From a bacterium (GTDB lineage: Bacteria; Patescibacteriota; Minisyncoccia; Minisyncoccales; GWA2-46-15), in assembly GCA_030693425.1 (NCBI GenBank), contig JAUYAM010000004.1:23163-87162 (forward strand): 64,000 bases of DNA, given 5' to 3'. The position numbers and the translations under genes are program-made. The notes under the pieces were generated by a model. It saw only the letters and a program-made list of their open reading frames with translations. It did not search any database and was not told the DNA's origin. Positions 33,159 to 41,455 of this stretch are shown one piece after another (the first letter of the stretch is position 1; each line of letters begins with the position of its first letter).

Positions 33159-33162
33159 GTTT

Positions 33163-33531
33163 TTATGACCATAATTTAAAGAGTTTTGGCAGAAAAAGAA
33201 AGATTCCCACAACTACAGACAAGATGGCGGATAACAGAACTGCTGCCGCTGAAACATCCTTGGCTATTTTTGCTTTAGGTTTTATTTCTTCGCTGACTAA
33301 ATCCACTAGGGCTTCCAGGGCTGTATTAATTAGTTCGAGAATCAGGACGGTGCTGGCGGTTAAAATGAGGATGCTCATTTCCAGCCAAGAAAGTTTTAGA
33401 GCTGTTGCTAGAAACAAAGAGAGAATAGCTATAACCGCCTGAATCCTAAAGTTGGGTTGGTTCTTGAAGGCGGCGCCCAATCCTTCGAAAGCATAGGCAA
33501 AGCTTTTTGAGAGTGAATGTTTTTTGCTCAT
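33163..33531 (-). CDS. dgkA: Diacylglycerol/undecaprenol kinase (DgkA family)
   Basis: 122 aa with 3 TM helices and the ELINTALEALVD motif. Confidence 0.8.
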   Translation of the reverse strand: MSKKHSLSKSFAYAFEGLGAAFKNQPNFRIQAVIAILSLFLATALKLSWLEMSILILTASTVLILELINTALEALVDLVSEEIKPKAKIAKDVSAAAVLLSAILSVVVGIFLFLPKLFKLWS

Positions 33532-34364
33532 TTTTTGATGACAAATACCAATTCAGTTGGGAAAAGGATTTTTTCGGTTTCCCAGGGTTCGTTTCTAATT
33601 AGATCCTGGAATTGTTTTGAATAAAAGTCAATCATGCCTTTTTGTCTGCCAGAGATAGTTTTTGTTGGAAAAGAAACGACCAAAAACTTGGCAGGCATTC
33701 TTTTTAGAATATCAAGAGAAATACCTTTTTGTTGGTGTTCTAATAAGGGCAGGAGTTTTAACAGGAAAATGACGTCGGCCCGCGGCGATCTATCAACCAA
33801 TATGTCGCCTAGTTTTGCTCGAAATCGTTTGGGGCCGGCAAGTTTGAAGACATTGTTTAGAAAGTCGTTCTGCTCTTTATCAATATCAAAGCCAAGATAA
33901 TGGCAGTTTTCGGGCAGATTCATCCATGGCCAAGATAAAGGATTCAAGCCGCAGCCAAGATCAATAATTGTTTTAGGCTGGCCGGTGACCTTAAAAATCT
34001 CTTTATAGAAATCATCTAAAACGGGAATCCTTTCTTTAGTGGAAGACTGAAGTTTTAACAGGGGCGAAACCGCTTCTTTAATTTTTTGAGAGTTTAAAAC
34101 GTGGGAGGTCGGACCTCCAACGCCTCTCATATTTTTGGCGTTTTCTTTAAGTTTTTTCAATAATTTTTTAAAATCAGGCCGGATTGGGAAATAAACGCTC
34201 CAAATTTGGTGCAAAAGATTGCGCGCCTTTTGTTCAACTTGTTTTTCGGGGTATTTGGCAGCGCAAACTGAAACAATTCTTTCAACGGTTTTCAGATAAA
34301 CCGGCCGATATTTTTTGGCCACCGAGATTCTTTTAACGAGTTCATTTCGTATTAATTCAGCCAT
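33528..34364 (-). CDS. 16S rRNA (guanine1405-N7)-methyltransferase homologue, ArmA/Rmt (FmrO) family
   Basis: Collinear blocks match ArmA as I recall it:
- LLHQIWSVYF versus KLHQIWGSYY
- SSTKERIPVLDDFYKEIF versus SSTNERVATLNDFYTYVF
- IIDLGCGLNPLS versus ILDFGCGFNPLA
- DVIFLLKLLPLLE versus DVVFLLKMLPVLK
- SFPTKTISGRQKGM versus SFPIKSLSGKEKGM. Confidence 0.8.
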   Translation of the reverse strand: MAELIRNELVKRISVAKKYRPVYLKTVERIVSVCAAKYPEKQVEQKARNLLHQIWSVYFPIRPDFKKLLKKLKENAKNMRGVGGPTSHVLNSQKIKEAVSPLLKLQSSTKERIPVLDDFYKEIFKVTGQPKTIIDLGCGLNPLSWPWMNLPENCHYLGFDIDKEQNDFLNNVFKLAGPKRFRAKLGDILVDRSPRADVIFLLKLLPLLEHQQKGISLDILKRMPAKFLVVSFPTKTISGRQKGMIDFYSKQFQDLIRNEPWETEKILFPTELVFVIKK

Positions 34365-34426
34365 GGCAATCTTATTACGGAAATTTATTATGGCGCGTAA
34401 TCTCTCTCTCCCTCGTTACACTATTT

Positions 34427-35560
34427 TTATCCGATACGTTTTCTCAACAATTGGATCAGTCTGGAATAAACTCTCAGGTTATGGATGGTGGCCAGGCGCC
34501 AGGCAAGGGAATCCCCAATTTTAAAAAGGTGGTTTAGGTAAGCCCGGGAATAGTTTTGGCAAAGTCGGCAGTCGCAGAATTTGTCGACCGGCTTTTGATC
34601 GTTCCGGTGTTTGGCTTTGTCGGGATAGAAAAAACGAAATAACTTTCGGGAATCGGTTTTCAAAACATTGGTTCGGTCGGGGTTTTTGGTCCAGACATAA
34701 AGCCGTTTGTGGCGAGCGTCTCTTGTTGGCAAAACGCAGTCAAAAATATGGTAGCCTATTTTTACACAATCAATAATATCCCAAGGATAACCCACGCCTA
34801 AAGCGAATTTCGGCTTATCTTTGGGCAGTTGCGAAACAATGAATTTGCCGATATTAATATTTAGTCCGCCTTTCTTCTTGGCGGTCCAGCCTCCCCAGCC
34901 GTAGCCGTCAAATTCGATTTTGACCAATTCCCTGGCGCATTCGGCCCGGAGGTTTTTATCTGATCCGCCCTGGACCACGGCAAAAAGCAACGGTCGAGTC
35001 CTTTGGAACCGAGACGGAGGAGCCCCGGTCTCCTCCGTTTTCAGTTGTTTTTGAAATTCCTCTTTACATCTTTTAGCCCAGATGATCGTCCGACGGACGC
35101 TCGTTTCATAATCTTTTCGGGTGGCTTTTTTGCTCGGGCAGTCGTCAAGGCAGATAATGATGTCTGCGCCAAGGTCCATTTGGGTTTGGATTGATTTTTC
35201 CGGGGTGAAAAGCCATTTTTTATTCCTGCCCAAAGAGTCCTTGTAGAAAATCACGCCCTTGTCGCTTATTTTTCCGAATCTCGGGTCTTTATAGACCAAG
35301 GATAATAATTGCCAGCCGCCAGAATCGGTAATGGCAAAGCCGGGCCAGTTCATATATCGTTTGATGCCTTGGAATTTTCTGACAACATCAATTCCGGGCT
35401 GGGATGCCAAGTGGTAAGGATTCAAAATCAGACCTTCAATGCCGGCTTCTCGCAAGTCGCAGCTGTCCAGCGATCGGACCACGGCCCTAGTGGCGTCGGG
35501 GCAGTAGATCGGGAAACGCATTAGTTTCCCCTTTATTTTTAGTTGTCTTAAATATTTCAT
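34427..35560 (-). CDS. tgt: tRNA-guanine transglycosylase (queuine tRNA-ribosyltransferase family), divergent
   Basis: Contains NPYHL, TDSGGWQ, LDDC, VVQGG and GVGYP..DCV..GYHIFDCVLPTRDARH, plus the zinc motif CDCRLCQNYSRAYLNHL. Confidence 0.85.
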   Translation of the reverse strand: MKYLRQLKIKGKLMRFPIYCPDATRAVVRSLDSCDLREAGIEGLILNPYHLASQPGIDVVRKFQGIKRYMNWPGFAITDSGGWQLLSLVYKDPRFGKISDKGVIFYKDSLGRNKKWLFTPEKSIQTQMDLGADIIICLDDCPSKKATRKDYETSVRRTIIWAKRCKEEFQKQLKTEETGAPPSRFQRTRPLLFAVVQGGSDKNLRAECARELVKIEFDGYGWGGWTAKKKGGLNINIGKFIVSQLPKDKPKFALGVGYPWDIIDCVKIGYHIFDCVLPTRDARHKRLYVWTKNPDRTNVLKTDSRKLFRFFYPDKAKHRNDQKPVDKFCDCRLCQNYSRAYLNHLFKIGDSLAWRLATIHNLRVYSRLIQLLRKRIG

Positions 35561-35704
35561 CTCTGATTAAATCTAGCAGTTTCAGTCTATTTTTGCTAGG
35601 ATGAAGGAGGTTGCTCATAACTTCTTTTGAATAAGGATCTTTTACAGCTAGTATCAAAATGATATTGTAATTATAGATATAATAATACTTAAAAAGCCAA
35701 AATT

Positions 35705-38700
35705 GTGCCCAAACTTAACCTTAAGTCATTCGTTATAGCTTTTGTTTTCTCCGCCTTGATAGTTTCCCTGCTTGTTTTATCGATTACCGAGGTTCAATTG
35801 ATGGGTAGGCGGTCTTTGACTAAAGAAGCGGCAATTTCTAATCAAATATTAAACTTTGTATTTAAGGATAGCGGCGTCAATCTTTTGGCTGAGGGAGGAA
35901 ACGGCATTAGAGTTTTAACCGGATTAGATACGACCGGCGCCAAGATAGATTCGTCTCAGCTCTCTACCGTTACTGGCAAGACAAGCAAAAAAACGGGCGG
36001 AGATTATGTTCAAGGTGAAATTTTGGTGAAATTTAAAGCCAAGGCAGCCGTTTTAAAACCAAGCTCTCAAGCTTTGTCCCGCGGAGTAGGTTTCGACAAA
36101 GCCCCGGTTTCTTTTGAAGATATTGATCGGCAGGATTCTCCAAAAGTGCTGGTTAAGTTGCACGAACGTTTTCCGATAAAAACCATTGACAAGGTTTTTA
36201 AGAAAAACTTCTCTCCAAAAATAAAGAAGGTTTCAAGCATTGATATTTCCAGGAACTACAGGATTATTTTCAGCAAAGACGTTTCGGTCATAGCAGTTTT
36301 GCAGTTTTTAAACCAGAGTTCCGAGATTGAATACGCCGAACCCAATTTTATTTTAGAAGCCACGGCGATCAACGATCCTTATTATCTTGACCAGCAGCCG
36401 CCGGCACCAGAGCGAGCATTGCCGGCAGGCTCTGGCGGTTGGAACCCCTCTTATGATTACCAATGGGGATTGAAAAAAATCAACATTGAACCGGCCTGGG
36501 ATAAGGACTCCGGCAGTCAAAATGTTGTCGTCGCGGTTATTGATACCGGCGTTGATTATAATCACCCGGAGCTGGAAGGTCGCGTCATCAAGGGTTACGA
36601 TTTCGTCAATGATGATAATAATCCTATTGATGACAATGGTCACGGAACGCACGTCGCCGGCATCATCGCCGCCGTTAAAAACAACCAAATTGGTATGGCC
36701 GGCGTCAGCAATAGCCAAATTTTGGCAATAAAGGGCTTGAATTACAACGGCGCTGGTACCATAAATAACTTAGCCAGGGCGGTTCGTTTTGCCGGGGATA
36801 ACGGCGCAAAAGTAATCAATGCTAGTTGGGGAGGGATAGGATCAAGCCAAACATTAAAAGAGGCGGTGGATTACGTTAATTCCCTGGGTGTGATTTTTGT
36901 GGCGGCGGCTGGCAATAACGGTGCTGATTCCCGCCGCTTCATTCCAGCTAGCTACCGGAATTCTCTGTCGGTAGGTTCTTCTGACGTCGCTGACCAAACG
37001 AGCGACTTTTCCAATATCATTGGCATTGATTTTATTGCTCCCGGAGGAAACTCTAGATCATCTAACCCTGGAGGAGATGGTTTCAGGAATATTTTGTCCT
37101 TGAGAGCCGGCGGGACAGGAAGTTCTAGTCTAACGATAGACAATGATTATTTGCGTCAGGCAGGCACCTCAATGGCCGCTCCTTTCGTTACTGGGAGCGT
37201 TGCCCTGCTTTTGGGACAGAATAGTTCTTTGACCTCGGAAGAGATTCGGAGCATTTTGCGTACCTCGGCTTTTAAGCCAGACGAAAAAATCTGGACCAAA
37301 GAAAGAGGCTATGGCCGTCTCGATATTGGCAGGGCAATGTCGACGGGTGGTAAGTTTAACGTTGCCAGAATTCAAAAACCGGATAATTTTGTCGTTGACG
37401 GCGATCAAGCGCAGATTACCTTTATTGCTTTCGGTAATTATTTTTCCCACTGGGTTTTAGAATTAGGCATTGGTTTGGAACCGACAATCTGGACGACTCT
37501 TGAAGAAGATTCTACTCCGAAACAGACTCCTGAAACACTCGTTGTTAACATCAGTTCTCTGCCTTACGGCGATAATACTCTTCGTTTGAGAGTTTTGAGC
37601 AATAGTCCAGAAGTGCCGGAGGCCGAAGATCGCTTGGTGGTTTCTAAAACGCCGCCAGTTAAATGGAGTTTTTTTGACCCGGCTGGGAGTTTTGATTTTA
37701 TGCCGACCGTGGCTGATATAAATGCCGATGGCCGAAAAGAAGTTATTATCCCCTCAGTGATTGGTAGGGTTTATATTCTAAAATCTGATGGCAGCTTAAA
37801 AAGCACGATTAGTCTGGGCGACGAAAAGCTCGCTTACCTGGCTAGTTCTCCGATAGTCGCCGACATAATCCCCAATCTTCCGGGTAAAGAGATTTTAATA
37901 ATGACGGAGAATAAGACCTACTCTCAAAATAAAAAAATAAGGATATTTTCTTCTTCCGGTTCAGAATATATTGGCGACAATTGGCCTTTTAGTTTTACCT
38001 ATACTGGATTTTGGACGAGAATGGCGCCCTTCAGAGTAGAAGACATTGACGGCAATGGCAGCTATGAAATTCTAATGGCGGCTGACAAAGTTTATGTTTT
38101 AGACCGCTTTGGTTCTCCTTTGAATTCTGGCTGGCCGAAGACCTTGGCCGGCGATTTCGAAAATTCAGTTTATGCCGGTAAGTTTATTAATCCGAAAAGC
38201 AATCAATTGCAAGTCTTGGCCATTAATCATCAGGGTCAGGTCTTTGTTCTCGACTATCAAGGCAACCAAATTACCACCTTTAATATCCCTGCTTTTAACC
38301 AGTCAACTCCGTCAGCAACCATTAGTGATTTGGACGGCGACGGAATTCAGGAATTGATTACTCAATACCAGTCTTCTGCCGGCATGCCCACCGAGACTAA
38401 TACAGACATCGCTGTTTACAAGCCAGACGGAACCTTGCTCTGGAAGAAAACAATCGGGATAGGTGGCTTTAACGTTAACTTTCCCGTTCCAATTGTTTCC
38501 GATTTGAACAACGATGGTCGAAAAGATATCATTACCAGTGATGCGGACGGAATCTGGATCCTTGACCGTGACGGAAACCAATTAACCGGCTGGCCATTTT
38601 ATAACCAGAGCAATGTTTTGAATTTCGTGACTGGCGACGCTGACGGCGATACCCTACCGGAAATTTACTTTTCCCAATCTTATCCTCCTTCGTTGGGGGT

Positions 38701-39307
38701 CCTAGACAAGGGTTTGATTAAATTCTATTTTCCTTTTTCATCATCTTTCTTATTTGACGCGCCGAGCGTGGGTGACATCGATGGCGACAACCATCTGGAG
38801 TTGATAATCAACGCTCCTTTTGGCGCGCCCCTGCGCGTTTATGACCTTGGAGAGACGAAGAATTACCGTAAATTTAATCTTCAGTGGCCGACCTATCAAT
38901 ATAACGAGAGGCGTTTGGCTGCTGACGGAATCTGCCTTAAATTAGACTGCGACTTAAACGGAGACGGACAGGTTAACTTTGCCGATTATTCTTTCATGCA
39001 AAGCTGTTATGGAAAAGAGTCGCCTCTCGGCGCTTGCCGCAGAACAGATGTTGTTTGCGATGGCTCCGTGACCTTACTCGACTTCTCGATGTTGGCCAAT
39101 AAATGCCCTTCGATATTTTGCCCTGAGCTTTCTTGCGATCTAAATGGCGACGGTAAGGCAAATAAGACTGATGGATCCTTCTTTAGAAGCTGTTTTGGCA
39201 AGCAAGCGACAGGAAGCTGCAAGAAAGCAGACGTGGTTTGCGACAACTATATTACTCTCCGCGATTTCTCGTTGTTGGCACAGAAATGCATAGTGATATT
39301 CCGTTAG
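35705..39307 (+). CDS. Large secreted/surface protein: signal-anchor, subtilisin (S8) protease, FG-GAP/VCBS-like repeat region, two C-terminal Cys-containing dockerin-like repeats
   Basis: 1200 aa. The S8 triad contexts are AVIDTGVD, HGTHVAGI and GTSMAAPFV. There are at least 6 Ca-binding-type DxDxDG repeats (DINADGRKEVI, DIDGNGSYEIL, DLDGDGIQELI, DLNNDGRKDII ...). Tandem CDLNGDG...LLDFS repeats lie at 38948-39106 and 39134-39292. Confidence 0.8.
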   Translation: MPKLNLKSFVIAFVFSALIVSLLVLSITEVQLMGRRSLTKEAAISNQILNFVFKDSGVNLLAEGGNGIRVLTGLDTTGAKIDSSQLSTVTGKTSKKTGGDYVQGEILVKFKAKAAVLKPSSQALSRGVGFDKAPVSFEDIDRQDSPKVLVKLHERFPIKTIDKVFKKNFSPKIKKVSSIDISRNYRIIFSKDVSVIAVLQFLNQSSEIEYAEPNFILEATAINDPYYLDQQPPAPERALPAGSGGWNPSYDYQWGLKKINIEPAWDKDSGSQNVVVAVIDTGVDYNHPELEGRVIKGYDFVNDDNNPIDDNGHGTHVAGIIAAVKNNQIGMAGVSNSQILAIKGLNYNGAGTINNLARAVRFAGDNGAKVINASWGGIGSSQTLKEAVDYVNSLGVIFVAAAGNNGADSRRFIPASYRNSLSVGSSDVADQTSDFSNIIGIDFIAPGGNSRSSNPGGDGFRNILSLRAGGTGSSSLTIDNDYLRQAGTSMAAPFVTGSVALLLGQNSSLTSEEIRSILRTSAFKPDEKIWTKERGYGRLDIGRAMSTGGKFNVARIQKPDNFVVDGDQAQITFIAFGNYFSHWVLELGIGLEPTIWTTLEEDSTPKQTPETLVVNISSLPYGDNTLRLRVLSNSPEVPEAEDRLVVSKTPPVKWSFFDPAGSFDFMPTVADINADGRKEVIIPSVIGRVYILKSDGSLKSTISLGDEKLAYLASSPIVADIIPNLPGKEILIMTENKTYSQNKKIRIFSSSGSEYIGDNWPFSFTYTGFWTRMAPFRVEDIDGNGSYEILMAADKVYVLDRFGSPLNSGWPKTLAGDFENSVYAGKFINPKSNQLQVLAINHQGQVFVLDYQGNQITTFNIPAFNQSTPSATISDLDGDGIQELITQYQSSAGMPTETNTDIAVYKPDGTLLWKKTIGIGGFNVNFPVPIVSDLNNDGRKDIITSDADGIWILDRDGNQLTGWPFYNQSNVLNFVTGDADGDTLPEIYFSQSYPPSLGVLDKGLIKFYFPFSSSFLFDAPSVGDIDGDNHLELIINAPFGAPLRVYDLGETKNYRKFNLQWPTYQYNERRLAADGICLKLDCDLNGDGQVNFADYSFMQSCYGKESPLGACRRTDVVCDGSVTLLDFSMLANKCPSIFCPELSCDLNGDGKANKTDGSFFRSCFGKQATGSCKKADVVCDNYITLRDFSLLAQKCIVIFR

Positions 39308-39321
39308 GGGAAAGCCGTTAA

Positions 39322-39489
39322 TTAGAACCAAGACGTTAAATAGTAGGGGTTGAAAATCGGGTTCTCGATACCCGCCTCGATCAAGTCCTGGCTGTCCAGA
39401 CTCCGGATGACGGCCCTAGTGGCGTCGGGGCAGTAAATCGGAAAACGCATGGTTTTTCCTTTAACCTTGATTTTTTTGAGATAATTCAT
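39322..39489 (-). pseudogene. Truncated duplicate of the tgt 5' end (55 codons)
   Basis: MNYLKKIKVKGKTMRFPIYCPDATRAVIRSLDSQDLIEAGIENPIFNPYYL.. aligns with the Tgt N-terminus MKYLRQLKIKGKLMRFPIYCPDATRAVVRSLDSCDLREAGIEGLILNPYHL... A 26-nt run is identical between the copies (39410-39435 = 35481-35506). Confidence 0.85.
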
Positions 39490-39549
39490 AACATTTCTAA
39501 TCTAACAATTTTAATCCATTTTTGCTAGGATGACAGAAGTAAATTATCA

Positions 39550-39621
39550 GCCGGAGTAACTCAGTGGTAGAGTAGCTGTTTCGTAAACAGCAAGTCGAGA
39601 GTTCGAATCTCTCCTCCGGCT
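39550..39621 (+). tRNA. tRNA-Thr (anticodon CGT)
   Basis: Hand-folded cloverleaf. The acceptor stem pairs GCCGGAG with CTCCGGC, the anticodon loop is TTCGTAA and the T-loop is TTCGAAT. Confidence 0.9.
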
Positions 39622-39682
39622 CTGGGGGAGTAAGACCTTTTCCATCCACAGTTTGTTTCAGTTCTGAAAGGAGGCACAACAC

Positions 39683-39919
39683 ATGTTGAAAAAAGTGACA
39701 GCGGGGCAAGAGGTGACGGTTGACGGACTAATTTACCGTTTTGGCAGGGGTAGCGCCATGACTTTTAACCAGCTGATAGCAGCTGCAGAAAGAGTCCGTG
39801 GCTGTGTCGATTGCGGCGATTTCGTGCCGGAAGAAGCGCAGATCAATATTCTGCGCGTTGGCGGATATTGCGTTGATTACGTTGACATCGACATCCGGAA
39901 GCTTTATTCTGCTCTCTAA
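39683..39919 (+). CDS. Hypothetical 78-aa protein with CxxC motif (GC-rich orphan)
   Basis: A strong RBS (AAAGGAGG) lies 8 nt upstream of the ATG, and a strong terminator follows. I recognise no family. Confidence 0.55.
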   Translation: MLKKVTAGQEVTVDGLIYRFGRGSAMTFNQLIAAAERVRGCVDCGDFVPEEAQINILRVGGYCVDYVDIDIRKLYSAL

Positions 39920-39949
39920 TTCTCCTCTGCCTTAGCCCCCATCGCCTCG

Positions 39950-39986
39950 AACCGCGTTCTTCAAAAGGAACGCGGTTTTATTTTTT
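39950..39986 (+). terminator. Rho-independent terminator
   Basis: AACCGCGTTC-(loop)-GGAACGCGGTT followed by TTATTTTTT. Confidence 0.8.
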
Positions 39987-40044
39987 GAGGATCGGTCAAG
40001 CAACTCCTGTTCAGAGTTGCGGATTCCTGATAAAATATTAGATT

Positions 40045-41256
40045 ATGGCAGGAAGAATCTTGAATATTTCTAAAAGAGCAAAGGAAACCCAGTTTTCGCC
40101 GATCAGGAAATTCGTGCCGCTTTTGGAAGAGGTTAAAAAGAGAGGGATTGAGGTTTTTGAGCTTCATATCGGCCAGCCGGATTTGCCGACTCCCAAGGAA
40201 ATTTTAAGAGAAATCAGGTCTTTTGACGGCAAGATTTTAGCTTATACGCCTTCGTCCGGGATACTTGAGACAAGGGTTGCCTGGCAGAAGTATTATAAGA
40301 GCGCAGGGATTAGCTTTGATGTTTCTGAAATTATCGTCACCGTCGGCGGCAGCGAAGCGATTTTATTTGCTTTCGCCGCAATTTGCAGTCCGGGGGAGGA
40401 AATTATTGTTTTTGAACCTTTTTATGCCAACTACAACGGCTATGCTTCGATGGCGGGAATCAGGCTGGCGCCTTTGACGACTTTTGCCGAAAACGGATTT
40501 CATCTGCCCAGTAAAAAGGCGATTGAAGAAAAGATTAATAAAAAGACGCGGGGCATATTGATTTGCAATCCCAATAATCCCACAGGAACTGTTTACGGGA
40601 AAAAGGAATTGAGGATGATTGCCGACATTGCCAAAGAACACAACCTTTTCATTTTGTCAGATGAAACTTACCGCGAGTTTGTTTATGACGGCAAAATTCA
40701 TTGTTCGATGATGGTTTTTGCAGATATCCGCGACAGAGTGATCTTGCTGGACAGCCTATCCAAAAGATTCAATGCCTGCGGCTTAAGAATCGGCTGTTTG
40801 GCTTCAAAGAATAAAGAAGTGATCGAGGGAGCGACAAAGTTTGCCCAGGCTCGTCTTTCTGCTCCCATGATTGAGCAGTTGGCGGCGGTTCCTCTTTTAG
40901 AGCATTGCCGGGAATATACTAAAAAAGTTGCCGCAGAATATCAGAAAAGAAGGAATACGGTTTTTAAAGAGATTGAAAAGATCCCCAATATTCTCTGCTC
41001 AAGGCAAAAAGGGGCTTTCTATGCGATTCTAAAACTGTCGATCAAAGACACCGACCATTTTGCCGAATGGCTTTTGAAAGAGTTCTCTTTTAAGGGAAAA
41101 ACCCTGCTGGTGGCGCCGGGTTCTGGTTTTTATGCCACGAAAAATCTTGGCAAAGACGAGATAAGAATTGCCTTTGTCCTTTCTTCCTCAAAGCTCAAAC
41201 AGGCCATCAGGATTCTTAAAAAAGGATTGGAAAGATATTTATCCATAATGGTTTAA
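40045..41256 (+). CDS. Pyridoxal phosphate-dependent aminotransferase (aspartate aminotransferase-like, class I)
   Basis: 403 aa. Contains GQPDLPTP, NPNNPTG and SLSKRFNACGLRIG. Confidence 0.85.
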   Translation: MAGRILNISKRAKETQFSPIRKFVPLLEEVKKRGIEVFELHIGQPDLPTPKEILREIRSFDGKILAYTPSSGILETRVAWQKYYKSAGISFDVSEIIVTVGGSEAILFAFAAICSPGEEIIVFEPFYANYNGYASMAGIRLAPLTTFAENGFHLPSKKAIEEKINKKTRGILICNPNNPTGTVYGKKELRMIADIAKEHNLFILSDETYREFVYDGKIHCSMMVFADIRDRVILLDSLSKRFNACGLRIGCLASKNKEVIEGATKFAQARLSAPMIEQLAAVPLLEHCREYTKKVAAEYQKRRNTVFKEIEKIPNILCSRQKGAFYAILKLSIKDTDHFAEWLLKEFSFKGKTLLVAPGSGFYATKNLGKDEIRIAFVLSSSKLKQAIRILKKGLERYLSIMV

Positions 41257-41362
41257 AGTTAACCAAGAGGCACGTCTCAGTTTTAAGCTTCAATGCTATC
41301 TAAGGCGTTTTGCTATTTTGACAAGACCTCTTTTAATGCTAAAAAGACCCTGGAGGTGGATT

Positions 41363-41455
41363 ATGGCTATATTGTCAGATACTCTCGTGGAGGGCAATGG
41401 GTGCCCCCTCTGCGAAGGCGATTCGAAGGGCACTCTTTGTTTGGCCAGGCACTGA
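41363..41455 (+). CDS. 30-aa CxxC peptide (MAILSDTLVEGNGCPLCEGDSKGTLCLARH) ending at TGA; in-frame extension to 41566 if the TGA is decoded
   Basis: The RBS GGAGGTG lies 5 nt upstream of the ATG. A candidate promoter is TTGACA (41318-41323), a 16-nt spacer, then TGcTAAAAA. A long terminator hairpin lies at 41583-41630. Confidence 0.4.
   Translation: MAILSDTLVEGNGCPLCEGDSKGTLCLARH

Noticed and set aside
41453-41455. Reading TGA as glycine (code 25, as in Gracilibacteria/Absconditabacteria) for the whole window.
   Set aside because: TGA clearly terminates conserved genes here (secF, the yerC-like gene). It is also the RF2 autoregulatory stop in prfB, so the host uses the standard code.
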